Assembly (NCBI GenBank): GCA_051530055.1
Contig: CM121343.1
Location: 5,984,389 to 6,048,388, forward strand
Length of the DNA: 64,000 nt
Reading direction: 5' to 3'
Source of the DNA: Neoechinorhynchus agilis
Lineage: Eukaryota > Animalia > Acanthocephala
The stretch's first letter is position 1. Each line of letters opens with the position of its first letter. The position numbers were made by a program, and so were the translations under genes. Positions 39,691-52,052 of this stretch are shown piece after piece. A model generated the notes under the pieces. The model was not told the DNA's origin and ran no database searches. It saw only the letters and a program-made list of their open reading frames with translations.

Positions 39691-39864
39691 AACGAAAATC
39701 GTTAAATGTTGTTAGGTTACTAAAAGTGCGGTCTGTCTTCAAAATCAAATAATTATTTTTAATTAAAAAGCGGAAAGTGTTATTTAAATGCAAGCATAAA
39801 TTATTCACTGCCGGTCTCGATATAGTTTTGCTTCTAATCCGTTTCGCAACGTTAATTTGGTATA

Positions 39865-41303
39865 TCACCGTACAAATCTGACTTTTGAACGTGGTATTGA
39901 ATGGTATTTATAAAGAGAGAAAGTGCAACCGGCGGTGAGTGCATTGAATAGTACGAAAGCCCAGCCAGTAAGGGCGCAGTTCATGAGTGGAAAGACGATT
40001 GCGACGAGGACATTGATTTCAGAACTGAGCAGAACTCCAAAGGATAGTGCCGTGTGTTTTTGTTCAGCGGAAAAAGCTTCGATTGCGAAGATTAAGGGCA
40101 TAGTGCCAAGTCCAAAAGAGTAACAAAAAATTAAGACTGAAATCAATACAACGGAGGTGTATGCGAGAAACAACCCTCCAGTGACAATTTGTGTGATGGT
40201 AATTTTCGTCGGAAAACGAAATGAGACGAAAAGTACGATCGTAAGGCAATAATGAACGGGAGAAATACCAGCACAATATTGATCGATAAGCATGAAGATA
40301 TGACCAGAGATCGTCGACCCCATGCATTCAATATTACAAACGACATCATAGCTCCTGTGAAATTCGCGATTCCGATGGTTAAGAGACAATAAGGTAAAAG
40401 TTGTTTTGATATTTTCATTTGTGAAAATATATCTGAACCGTAATAGAACACAGCCGTCGATCCACATAAAGGTTGAGCGGCAAAAAGACTTGATAGTACT
40501 AACCATTTTTGATTTTGTGACTGATGATTAGAGCAGTTATTGGCATCTATTTGTGTTGTATCGAAAAGTCGTGAATAATGGCTAGAGTCTTGATGAACGG
40601 GTGATACAAGTGGATTCAGTTGCACATACACATTATGATCACATTGAACATTTGATAATCCATCGGGAAAGTATTTAAGGAGTAAATAGCAAAATAGATT
40701 GCCGATACTCCATAATGATAATCCATACGGCCATGCTCTTGCATGAGTAAGGTAACATGGCAGGAGCATGAGATGTGCCATCAATAATCCAGTTGACATT
40801 AGTAAATGATGAAGACACATTGCATACGCTTTAAACTTTTCCGGGACAATTTTACTTAAGTATAACGGAATAAAGATGGAACATGTTCCACCGTACATTC
40901 CATTCAAGATTATGGATAATAGATAGATATTGTAGGATGATGTGAAATAAGCCGACAGTGCCAATAATGCACTGATCGGTTGAAATGGAATTATGATATA
41001 TAAAACAATTCTACAATTCTTAGAAAACAACTTAAAACGTCGACAAAACACTGCAATGATCATACCGAAATTCGCAGAAATCGTAAATACAATCACCGGT
41101 GTGGACTTCTTCATCTGCACAATCATTGAATCCGACGAAACGTTTAAGGCACTTAGACGATCGAGTACCACATTTGGAGACTGCCCAATTACACCAGTTG
41201 TAAATCCAAACGGAAACGACGTCGTCCAAGTTATGGTTAAACAAACAAATGCCAACCATGCGTTTGAACTAAGGTTTAATCTTCGGTGAAATTCAGGCAG
41301 CAT
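39865..41303 (-). CDS. SLC2A: SLC2A/GLUT-type MFS sugar transporter, one apparent frameshift near 40200-40250
   Basis: SFPFGFTTGVI, YLSKIVPEKFKA..LHHL, QPLCGSTAVFYYGSDIF, WGRRSL, then in another frame YSFGLGTMPLIFAIEAFS. Confidence 0.85.
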
Positions 41304-41825
41304 CTTTATAAATTCAAAAATGCAATATATTTGAATTACAGTTTCAGTTAATAGTTCGTTTTTTCGCATAGCTGTACGTGAAATGTGGCTTGCATGCATC
41401 AAAATTATTATAACTTTGAAACGGTCACAGTGCAGCTCAGCCGAAATAGTGTATTTTACGAATTTAATCACATATCATCACAGCTATCAGACATTTAAAA
41501 GCTTCATTCGCAACAAATAGGACACATCAACTCTTGACTTTAATTAACCCAAATATTTCTTTTCATTTAATAATCCCTGATTATATAGAAAATTACATCT
41601 TTTGCCGAGGAGCACAATTTTTAATGTCATATATCTTTGTCCTCGGGGTGAATTTGATTGTGCGTTGGCGAATCCTGTCCCCGGTGTTGTCGATACTCAT
41701 TTATTTGAGAAATATTTCACAAGGTTTTCCTTGCCTCTTCAGTCCATTGTTATAGTAGTAACAAATAATAAAGTTATGTTCCAGATTTATTATCGAGCGG
41801 AAAATGGGTGTTTTATTTATTTCTT

Positions 41826-41864
41826 GCTTCAAATTTTCGACGCCTTGCGTCTTCGTCAGGAAGC
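41826..41864 (-). ncRNA. Minimal hammerhead ribozyme (family B), intact core
   Basis: GCTTC-CTGACGA-A-GACGC-AAG-GCGTC-GAAA-ATT-T-GAAGC. Confidence 0.8.
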
Positions 41865-41988
41865 TTTTCTTCGGTTATCTGAAAAGGAATCAGAGGAGGG
41901 CAACGCTGCCCGTCAGCTCATCCCTCTTATTGAGAGCTGACGGACAGCGTTGCCCTCCTCTGATTCCTTTTCAGATAACCGAAGAAAA

Positions 41989-42027
41989 GCTTCCTGACGA
42001 AGACGCAAGGCGTCGAAGATTTGAAGC
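41989..42027 (+). ncRNA. Hammerhead ribozyme copy (family B) with GAAA changed to GAAG, probably inactive
   Basis: GCTTC-CTGACGA-A-GACGC-AAG-GCGTC-GAAG-ATT-T-GAAGC. Confidence 0.65.
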
Positions 42028-42870
42028 AAGAAATAAATAAAACACCCATTTTCCGTTCGATAATAAATCTGGAATAAAACATGAGGGTGTTGGGAAAAGA
42101 GGCTTTCCATAATTTTTAAAGTTATGTAGCTTTTTCGCAATGGAAGTTCGTTAGCAATAAATGAGTAACGAAAACACCGGGGACAGGATTCGCCAAAGCA
42201 CAAACAATTTTTAATCTTCTCTATTACTACAATATGTACACACAAATTTCCATCATTTTCCGATTTGATATACAATCATCACCATCTCGATATTGAAATT
42301 ATTACAAAAAATACGATTCGTGGAATTTACATCCATTAACACAAGTTCGTCCGATTTGAAACAGAGATTACAGTTGGCTTGCTCATGTAAAATACTACAT
42401 AATTTATGGAAAATAATTAACGCTTGTTTAAGATTGCTCTAATAAACGATTACAACTCCGCGAAGCATATAATAAAAAATTTGTTCCCTTTTATTTTTTT
42501 ATAAAAGTAGTATAATTACTCAATAAATTGTGAATGCCCGATTTTTTACTAGACGTAAAAATACCTATCAATAATGAAAAAATTAGTCAACATTAAAACA
42601 TCAATCAATAGTCTCAGTACGGGTTAGGTTTTTCGAGCACCCAATATTGTACGAATTATTGCACCAGGAGCAAAATTAATGCACGATGAGCTGTATTAAA
42701 GATCAACCTACGAAACAAATCTGGAGTTTAATTTATGCATAGAAAATTTCATGGAAATGGGAAGCATTATGAATTTCCATTTTCATTAATTTTAGACTTT
42801 CTTACTAACGCTTTGTTGAAGATCTTTTTTAATTTTCACAATCAAAATAATTATTTCATTTCAGGCACCA

Positions 42871-45800
42871 TTATACTTGCCCGCAGTCCGGAAATTCTTT
42901 TATGAGTAGTTGCTTATTGATTTCCTGTCCATCGGTTAATAAATGTCCAAATCTGTGATTGAGATACTCGATCGGTGCAAAATCGACAACTATCGGATGT
43001 TCATCTATCTTTGTCGTCTTTAATCTAGCAATACATTGAGACGCTTCGTCGAAATCTGTAAGGAAAATCAATGCCGTTCGTGTTGTATTATCCAAGAAAA
43101 CATTGTCAACCCGAGTGGCAGCCAAGTTCGCAATTTTTTCGTCAGTTACTGTCCTTGGTATCGATCCAAGCCAAAGTACTTTTGAAGGATAACTACGACC
43201 GTGACCGTATTTAACCATTCGCAGTTGATCATTCCCGACAATAGAGGCAATAGTAACAGAATCAAGTTGAAGAATACGTGCTACACTTCGAGCCTCCGAA
43301 AAATATACAAATGCATATTTTTGCGGATATTAGCATTTGAGATGTCTACAAACCACTCTCAATTATATCTATCGAAAAACTAAGGTTTCGTGTTATACTT
43401 TACTTAAAGTGATAACAAAATAAGTAAAAAAATTGCGCGTTGAGTATTTATATTCTCTTCGCAGATTAAGGACAGCTAATCTTTCAAGCATTTTGGAAGT
43501 CACTTTATTATCCGTACCGACATTAATAAGGGCTAATGCACAACCTCAAAAATCAAAAACATTCCAATCTTATCAACCTACTGCCTAAGCGCAAAAGGTT
43601 GTACATACACCAGAAAACCTTTTTTGCTTGATTTAGTTAAAAAACGTTTCCATTTAAACACGTATTTATGTGGATAAATGATAAAACCCATCTTGAGGAA
43701 ATGTGCAACTACAATTAGAATTCTAAGAAATTACGCACCAAATCCATTTCCATTTATTAATTATGCAGTATAAAGTATAAATTAAGCACATTGAAAGTCA
43801 ATATCAAATAAATCATTGAATATTGAATGGTTACAGTGAACATAATCTCCCGGTTAAAGATTCATTTATTATTATGAAATCGTTCGAAAGAGGAAACTTC
43901 ATCTCATTATTGTTTGCAAGTGTTTACGACTTTAAGATCGTGTTTTCCTCTCTCAAAATACTTCAAAAATAATAAAGGAATCTTTAATGAGGATTATGTT
44001 CACCACCATTTAATATTTACCATCCTGAAGGATATTCTTGATATGATTAAATAATAGAATGCGTGACATTCGATTCCTTTGTTATTATGAAATCTTTCGA
44101 AAGCGGAAACTGCATCTCATTATTGTTTGCAAGTGTTTACGACTTTAAGATCGTGTTTTCCTCTCTCAAAATACTTCAAAAATAATAAAGGAATCTTTAA
44201 TGGGGATTATGTTCACCACCATTTAATATTTACCATCCTGAAGGATCTTCTTGATATGATTAAATAATAGAATGTGTGACATTCGATTCCTTTAGTATTA
44301 TGAAATCTTTCGAAAGAGGAAACTTCATCTCATTATTGTTTGCAAGTGTTTACGACTTTAAGATCGTGTTTTCCTCTCTCAAAATACTTCAAAAATAATA
44401 AAGGAATCTATAATGAGGATTATGTTCACCACCATTTAATATTTACCATCCTGAAGGATCTTCTTGATATGATTAAATAATAGAATGTGTGACATTCGAT
44501 TCCTTTAGTATTATGAAATCTTTCGAAAGAGGAAACTTCATCTCATTATTGTTTGCAAGTGTTTACGACTTTAAGATCGTGTTTTCCTCTCTCAAAATAC
44601 TTCAAAAATAATAAAGGAATCTTAATGAGGATTATGTTCACCACCATTTAATATTTACCATCCTGAAGGATCTTCTTGATATGATTAAATAATAGAATGT
44701 GTGACATTCGATTCCTTTAGTATTATGAAATCTTTCGAAAGAGGAAACTTCATCTCATTATTGTTTGCAAGTGTTTACGACTTTAAGATCGTGTTTTCCT
44801 CTTTCAAAATACTTCAAAAATAATAAAGGAATCTATAATGAGGATTATGTTCACCACCATTTAATATTTACCATCCTGAAGGATCTTCTTGATATGATTA
44901 AATAATAGAATGTGTGACATTCGATTCCTTTAGTATTATGAAATCTTTCGAAAGAGGAAACTTCATCTCATTATTGTTTGCAAGTGTTTACGACTTTAAG
45001 ATCGTGTTTTCCTCTCTCAAAATACTTCAAAAATAATAAAGGAATCTTTAATGGGGATTATGTTCACCACCATTTAATATTTACCATCCTGAAGGATCTT
45101 CTTGATATGATTAAATAATAGAATGTGTGACATTCGATTCCTTTAGTATTATGAAATCTTTCGAAAGAGGAAACTTCATCTCATTATTGTTTGCAAGTGT
45201 TTACGACTTTAAGATCGTGTTTTCCTCTTTCAAAATACTTCAAAAATAATAAAGGAATTTATAATGAGGATTATGTTCACTGCCACCATTCAATATTTAC
45301 CATCCTGAAGGATCTTCTTGATATGATTAAATAATAGAATGTGTGACATTCGAAATAAGGAATTGCCATGAAATCTTAAATTTTCCAAAACCCGCAAAAT
45401 ATAATCTAGAAATCATGGTTATGCTTTTTGGAAAAGTTTCATGGAGTTTTTCTCGGAGAATTCAATTGAAGGAAACGTGGGTATTAAAATATTAAAAGTT
45501 AAGTTCCTTTAGATCACACTAATAACCGCTCCTTAAGATACAGCTAACCCTGTCTGCGCCTTTGCATCCACAAGCCAGATATCGCCAAATGCCAAATATG
45601 CCTTCCGAATATCATCCTGGGTTAAAGCTGCAGGTATATTTCCAACAAACAAGGTTCTTGTAGCCTTTTCTGCATAAAGTGAAGGTGGATCAAAGAATTC
45701 CAAATTGTTCATGTCTTTCACTATATTAAATTCAGATTATTTTAAAACATGAATTTTATACTTACACACAGGTAAAGTTTTGTCCACTCTTTTCCGTAAA

Positions 45801-46566
45801 AGTTCAACCTTCTCAAATGGCTTATTTCGTCCTACCATGGGAATGGTCGAGAACCCCTTCAGTGCGTCAATTGCCTCAACTTCATTTTTAAAGATAATTG
45901 AAGAAATTGACGGTGAACTGTGGATACAAATAACAGAACCGTAGCGAGAAGCTTCAAAATAAAGCATCTCCCGCAAACGGAGTTCTAAATACAGTCAACG
46001 GGATGAATATTTATCTACAACTTACTGTTTGGCTCTCCTATACTATCCGATATATTAATTTGTGGAATGTAGGTTTTGGATTTCCTATACAAACAAGTAT
46101 GAAAAAGAAGTTATAAGATTATTTCCTACAATATTTGTAATCGAGCATCCATGGTTTCACCTTGACATGAGATTGAGTCATCCGGTTGATCAGATGTCCC
46201 ATCAAAAGAATAAAATGGTTCTTTTTTCTGTTTTATATTCCGTATAGGAACATCTTCCTTTAAGATAAAAGCTGGCACTTCTGATTTGTACTGCTTAAAA
46301 TAAAAACTTAGACGTCTATCGAATAAATACACTCGGCAATGTATAATAGCCTCAGCTTCTGGGACGTTCAAAAATGAAACGATCGCGTAACGTATTTTAT
46401 CCTTCTGATGAATTGTACTGCCACATACCCTGCCATACCTAAAAAGTGGACAAAAAAGTGAAACTGTACATTTGTCTTACTTTTTTAAACAATAAGTAAG
46501 ACACTCCTCATCAACTTCGGGAGCCAAATTCCCCACGTACAGATATCGACTTTTTGTGCGGCTCAT
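42871..46566 (-). CDS. spen: SPEN/SHARP-like multi-RRM protein (exons flank satellite 6)
   Basis: MSRTKSRYLYVGNLAPEV..|YGRV (RRM1), AEKATRTLFVGNI..AFGDI, KYAFVYF..VKYGHGRSYPSKVLWLG..IVVDFA follow SPEN RRM order. One junction near 43320 needs a 1-nt correction in an A5 run. Confidence 0.75.
43860..45352. repeat. Tandem satellite 6, 213-bp unit, about 7 copies, intronic
   Basis: ttatgaaat recurs at 43872, 44085, 44298 and onward. Confidence 0.96.
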
Positions 46567-46687
46567 AAATCTAGAATGTTTTAATTTCCAATTCGGTCAA
46601 GGATTTTACAATTATTTTTACGATATCGCTCATTAAAAAACATGCGGATGTTGGTAGTCAAACTAACACAATCGATGTCGACAATTA

Positions 46688-46960
46688 GTCCAGGGGCCTA
46701 GTGGTGCGCGTTCGGAATGCGCTATGTATGTCGTTGGTTCAAGTCCATTGGTCGCTGGATTCCACGGGAGTCAGGTTTTGAGATCGCCCATTGACCTCAT
46801 AAAAGGGTTGGTCCTGTGTCCCTTCGGGTTCGACTGAGCGCTTCGGAAGTGCGTGAGTTAGCCAAGAGGCTCCAAAGGATAAGTAGCCGAGAGGCTTACA
46901 GAAAGATATGCAGTGATGCCATGAGTGTATGCGATTTAAGAATAAGTCTATTTCAAAAAT
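46688..46960 (+). mobile_element. tRNA-derived SINE-like element with a structured body
   Basis: A-box-like GGCCTAGTGG and B-box GGTTCAAGTCC within a tRNA-like fold (46688-46753), followed by a GC-rich body with UUCG and GNRA-like hairpins. Confidence 0.6.
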
Positions 46961-47959
46961 TATTCATTATTTTCGGAATTCACCATAGATCTGACGAATC
47001 AAATAATGCATACTGAAGTCGTTATAAAATTATTTCTTTTGCACGAAACAGCTGATCAAAAATATTCTTAAAGCACTCTTAATTTACAGATAATGTGAGA
47101 TTAATTATATGCTCACGTTTCCGAGTTTTTATAGCATATATTTAGAAGCAAAATATTGATTCAAATATGATAATGGGCAAAATTAAAAGGTTTGTACTGA
47201 ATTATTAAAATGGGCTGTTCAGTTCTTGAACGGTCCGTGAGTAAAATCCGGCCCACGAAGTAGCCTCATGTGCATTGAAAAGTCAAATTATGTTTGCAAT
47301 ATTAAAATAACATTTCAAAGAAAAAAGCGGTAGCATAATGTTGTCACTGAGACCATTCAATATTTTCCAGAAAAGAAACATGAATTTTATTAAACCCCTT
47401 CTAATCTCTCGCTCTAATGGACCTTCTTATGTCCACCTAACGAGTCATTTTTCACTAATGGCTCCGGGATAGACGGGTCGAAATTTAAGTGGACATTAAA
47501 AGCCTTTCCCATTATTCGTGTGATGTTGTGAACACATTACAGGCGTCTCAAGAAGGTCATTAATGTGTGGGTCAGGCAGCTTGCCATTGTCGCTCGATTT
47601 AGTCAATTCGCAGGAAAGAAGAGGAAGATTTAAAGAGTCGAAAATTTCGAGAAAGTGGACGAATTCGTGTTTTTTTGGAAACCATTGTGCTTCATCTATA
47701 CGGTAGCTGTGTTTGAGGAACATTTTGGCCAGCGCCGATTGTTGTTTTGCTTTTAAATAAAATTTCCAAGTTAAAAAAATATTAAAAGACAAACAAAAGT
47801 TTGTGATGGAAGCAGAATATTGGCAAATTGCGTGAAAAGATTGGTAGATTCACCAAGCTGTTCAATAAGAGGAGAAAGCAGCCGTTTGAAAAGGTTTCCG
47901 GATGGCTCATATATTGACTAGTTAAGCCAAACCCTTCTTTGCACTCCAGCTATAGAAGT

Positions 47960-48085
47960 TGTTCATTTGTATATGTGTTCTTTGGTGATGAAAAGAATAG
48001 ATTTATTGTTCTCAATATTTCGTGCCCGACGAGACGGACGAAATATTGAGAACAAATTGTTCTCATCACCTAAGAACACATTGCA
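47960..48085. mobile_element. Family-A palindromic mini-element, internally deleted
   Basis: tgtgttctttggtgatga..ctcaatatttcgt / acggacgaaatattgag..tctcatcacctaagaacaca; cagctatag on both flanks. Confidence 0.7.
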
Positions 48086-49535
48086 GCTATAGTAGAAGAA
48101 CTCAAGAGTGTAATTGAAGCCGTTGACGATCTTAAGACGAATCGATGACTTAGGACGCGATCTTCTGATCCATCTAAAGACCAAGGCAGACCAGTTTGAA
48201 TTTTTTTAGTTGATGATATGTTAGTGGTTAATCGTGATATAAAACCCAAGTTTGAAATTAGTGAATAACTAGCAATCATTGAAATAAGAAACAAGTAATA
48301 GCGAAGACTTGTTCAAAGAAGTATCATAAGTGATTGATGACTTTGAGCTCGACTGAAATTGTCGGACGCCACAGCAGCGGGTTAGTAGTTCATTTATGTG
48401 AACAAGAGGCGAGTACCAGCAGAATCCCTGCGGAAAGATGTTGAATTCAGACACTTTATTAGGTCCCATGCGCTAAACCATAGATAATCTCTGAAGGAAA
48501 TTAAATCTGAACAGAACTTTGGTCTTTAATAATGACAGTGATTTTTAAGATCTTTCTCTTGTACTTTCTTTGTAAAATCACAAGTCCGTCTTGCCACGTT
48601 CTATTCAATATCCTTTAGCTCCTGAACCAACCGAGCGCATTGAATATTTAGATACTTATACTCGGCAACTGTTGTCCGTCGATCCTCATCTGATTTTAGC
48701 GCTAAAACTTTTGCTTTGAGTTCAACGATTATTTCGGAGGCACTATCCGTTATCTCGAACAAAGTCTAATATTCCATTCGGGACCAAAACTGAAAAGTGG
48801 CGGTTAAAGCACTTGAACACTAACAAAGTGGTTTCTTTCGACACTTACTGATATTTCGTTCGGAAAATGTCTCAATATCCAAATCTTGGGGTAAAATTTC
48901 GCTATATGATTGCATTTTGAACGGACAAACTTTAATGAACCTGACGAAAGACCAACCTTACAAGCGCTCCTGTAAACAATATCCGCCAATTTTCATTTGA
49001 ACCGACTTCCCCCCCCGACCTGATATTCCCACTCAAACGGACATCCTCGACCGGAAATTCTCACTCGAGCGGACATTCCCACCTGAACGGGCATACCAAA
49101 AAACGCAAGGTAGATGGGTCTAATTTCTTAAACACAAAAATCAGTGAAACGTGTTATTATTATGTTATTTAATGGTTAAATATTGGCAATCGATTGGGCA
49201 GAAACTTTAGTGCAATAATAAATATACCGTTAACAATTTAAAAGGTTAAAGATAAAATCCATGAGTACATAATTTAAAAGGTTTCAATGTCTAATTTCGG
49301 CAATTTCAATTCTTTAGAGCTAATGGTTATATTTCCGTTCTGATTTTCGTAGAATTTTCTCAAATTCCTGCGATTAAAGTAAATGAAGACGTTCTGATCA
49401 CTTGATTATTGTACTCTGAAACACTTTATCTGTAATTTTTTTACAACCGACGTCAACTAAATTTATTTCAAATTCACTAAAAGATGGAAAACTTGAGAAA
49501 ATCGATTCGAGCGAATAGAACGTTTATTAATGTCA

Positions 49536-49612
49536 GAACATCCCTTACTCGGCTTTTACTTTAGGCACACATCCAATTGTCTAAGTGATTCAATGCCGAG
49601 TAAGGGATGTTC
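49536..49612. repeat. 77-nt hairpin with perfect 18-bp outer stem
   Basis: gaacatcccttactcggc ... gccgagtaagggatgttc, plus inner ttaggca/tgtctaa pairing. Confidence 0.85.
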
Positions 49613-50659
49613 CAAAAACACTAATTAATATAACCGCCTAGCGAGTAGACATTAAGCGTTGCCGTTGTGCAAATCTCAATGTCGGTTAACAAACTTTTCA
49701 CTCATAATTCAAATTCGACTGAGTGATTTTGACCGTAAATTCTGTTTTGATTTTCGCGCATCAGTCATATAAACGTTGTTTCAGCACCATTTTTATCATT
49801 GATCTTTCTAGGGCAGTATTATTAATACATCGTCAAAGCTGCACATTTATATGACGCTAACCATTACTACGTCACAAAAATCGGTTACGTCATTAAAAAT
49901 ATATGCGACAATTCTTTCGTGTCCTCGCGAGTTGTGCCATCGTTAATGCGTACTTGTATACCGGATCAAGGACCTCTTCTGCTATCAATGTCTCCTGATT
50001 GCCTAAGTGGCTAAAGACGGTTCGATTTCTGACGAAAGAGGTTAGCTTTGTTGATTTGGTTGGACTTACTAATGCATTCAACTTGCAGTTCCAAGTAAGT
50101 ATTATTCAAAGTTATACTTTTTATGGATAGTTGAGCATTTCGATCGGACTTTATAAGAATTTATTCGCTGGGTTCAGAAGTGTCAACAAAAATTATTTTC
50201 CCAATGGCAAAATGTTACACACTCGAACTTTATTATTGAAATCTTCATTGGGAATTTTCAAGGACTCAGTCTAAAGAAACAATTGGATAGAAGGAAAAAT
50301 TATTTTCTTGTCAATTACTGAGCAGTATTCGATGAAATCAGATTTTTATGATATTCTAACGTCAACCCAAACTGGCGTTAACGAAATCTCAAAATTGGTC
50401 TTCTTTTTCTTAGCCTTTTTCCCCTTTAGAGGCAGAGTCGGCTGTTGAGGACTTGCTTCCAATTGTCGTACACAACAAATGTTCGTGACGAAAGCAGCAC
50501 ACGTAAACAACGCCTAACATTGAACTCTTCTGTATTTCGTCAGCGTCTGCATTTCGTTTCCAATGTCATTATTGAACGCGTTTTATTGAAACGACCATAG
50601 ACGTTTTGTAGGTTCTTTGAAAGATGATGTAAATTCTTCAGTGGATGGGGAGAGCGGGA

Positions 50660-51131
50660 ACTTGTGTAGTAGGTTTTTGGGTCTTTCCTGATTGGGTCTT
50701 ATGGAAAAAGGAGTGGAGGTAGATTTAACGAGCTTTCAGAGTGAATATTGGACGTAAAGATTCAGTGGAAATCGGATGTCCGTTTTTCTGAAGAAGGCTC
50801 ACTTTAGCAGCTTTTAGGCATGAGGGTTAAGTACCATATAAAAAGAGTTCGGGATCATGCAGCGAAGAGACCAGTTTGGGATTGAAAGGACGAATTTCTT
50901 GAGATACTGTAGTACTTCATTTGACGAAACCAAGCGAAGTATCGGATAGTTGACTGAAGTGGGAGTGATAGTTCGTGCCGAGTCCGAGGTGGAGCAGTAA
51001 TTGTAATTTGAGCCAGGGCAGATATTCTGATTTATGGAGTTTAGGACCTGTTTTAATTCAGTGGAGGTCAAATTTGGGAAGGGATCCGGGTGGCGTAGAC
51101 CAAGTCCTTGACGGCTCGCTAAAATGTACAA
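50660..51131 (-). pseudogene. Degraded LINE (APE-type) reverse transcriptase N-terminal region
   Basis: LRLVSSNEVLQYLKK..IPN.., then after a frameshift LKAAKVSLLQKNGHPISTESLRPIFTL (KxAxVxxxxKxG..YRPISL motif). Confidence 0.65.
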
Positions 51132-51569
51132 GTATTTTTTAGTTAGAGCTATTTGTAAACGGGTAAAGTCAAGAGATTTATTTCGCTATGCCCTAGATGC
51201 CTGTTTTTGAAGAAGTAGCGAATTATAATAATTGATTTATTTGATAATTTTCGGCTTTCTCGTAGACCTTCAGTCTATCTAAAATGCACCCGAGAAGCAC
51301 TCAATTTCGTTTATCCGATGGGATTCGCAGATTGAGTGTGTAATCCGCTTTGTTGCCCACAAACGTATCCGTTTTTTGTGTCATTATGGCCTCCATCGTC
51401 CACTCCGCGCACTAATCTGAGTACCATCAAAATTAACATTGTATCTACTGCTCATAATACGGAGCACTATTGCCGAACTCAGTCTTCTTTAAAGCTGCTC
51501 TTCGGTGATCGGCAATCCTTTAGATTGTTCGTTTGTCCCACATATGAGATAGATTGCAGTTGCAGCATG

Positions 51570-51960
51570 GGATCTTGTAGACACAACAAGAAATATCATC
51601 CTCATTCTTCGACCGAAGTACACTAGTTGGAGAGTCCTGCCCTTGCTGTGGTTATCAGTCTTTTTGATCACAGTTTCCATTTTTGAGTTCCATAGACCAC
51701 TGATGAATGGTGCCTTAATGAAGTGATTCTTTTCTTGCTGGTAGCCTTTCTTACATTTGTCAATGTATCTCTTTGGATATCCACTCCATTTTAAACTTCT
51801 ACTATAGATGCAATTCAGCTCATCTTTGAGGCTCATTCCAACGAAACACGATCTAAATGCCCTGATGAACACCGACCTGACCCTTGTCAATTTGTATTTA
51901 ACCGGTTGAGATGCGATCCACCTCACCACCATATGCGGAACCCCCTATAGACCGATGTCT
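51570..51960 (-). pseudogene. Penelope-like element RT thumb fragment
   Basis: TSVYR, frameshift, then SQPVKYKLTRVRSVFIRAFRSC..LKDELNCI..SGYPKRYIDKC. Confidence 0.7.
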
Positions 51961-52052
51961 TTAATCCCTTGTTTTATTTTCGCCTAAAGCATACGTCAAA
52001 GAATGGCAAACTATCATTTTTTCTTCAATTTTTTTTAAAATAACTATTATTC

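Larger units (their letters stand above)
41640..42200. repeat. Nested palindrome: satellite-5 monomer, family-B arms (~150 bp each), inverted satellite-5 piece
   Basis: 41785-41930 and 41935-42075 are reverse complements; 41665-41705 and 42152-42196 are reverse complements. Confidence 0.9.

Noticed and set aside
40143-40260. GLUT frameshift as pseudogenisation or programmed recoding
   Set aside because: Both halves are otherwise intact; a sequencing indel or an unresolved short intron is more likely.
2112-45352. Tandem arrays as CRISPR
   Set aside because: Units are full-length repeats without unique spacers, no cas genes are present, and the context is eukaryotic.
46688-46753. Functional tRNA gene
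   Set aside because: Mismatched acceptor stem, no U8 and no 7-nt anticodon loop; treated as a SINE head.
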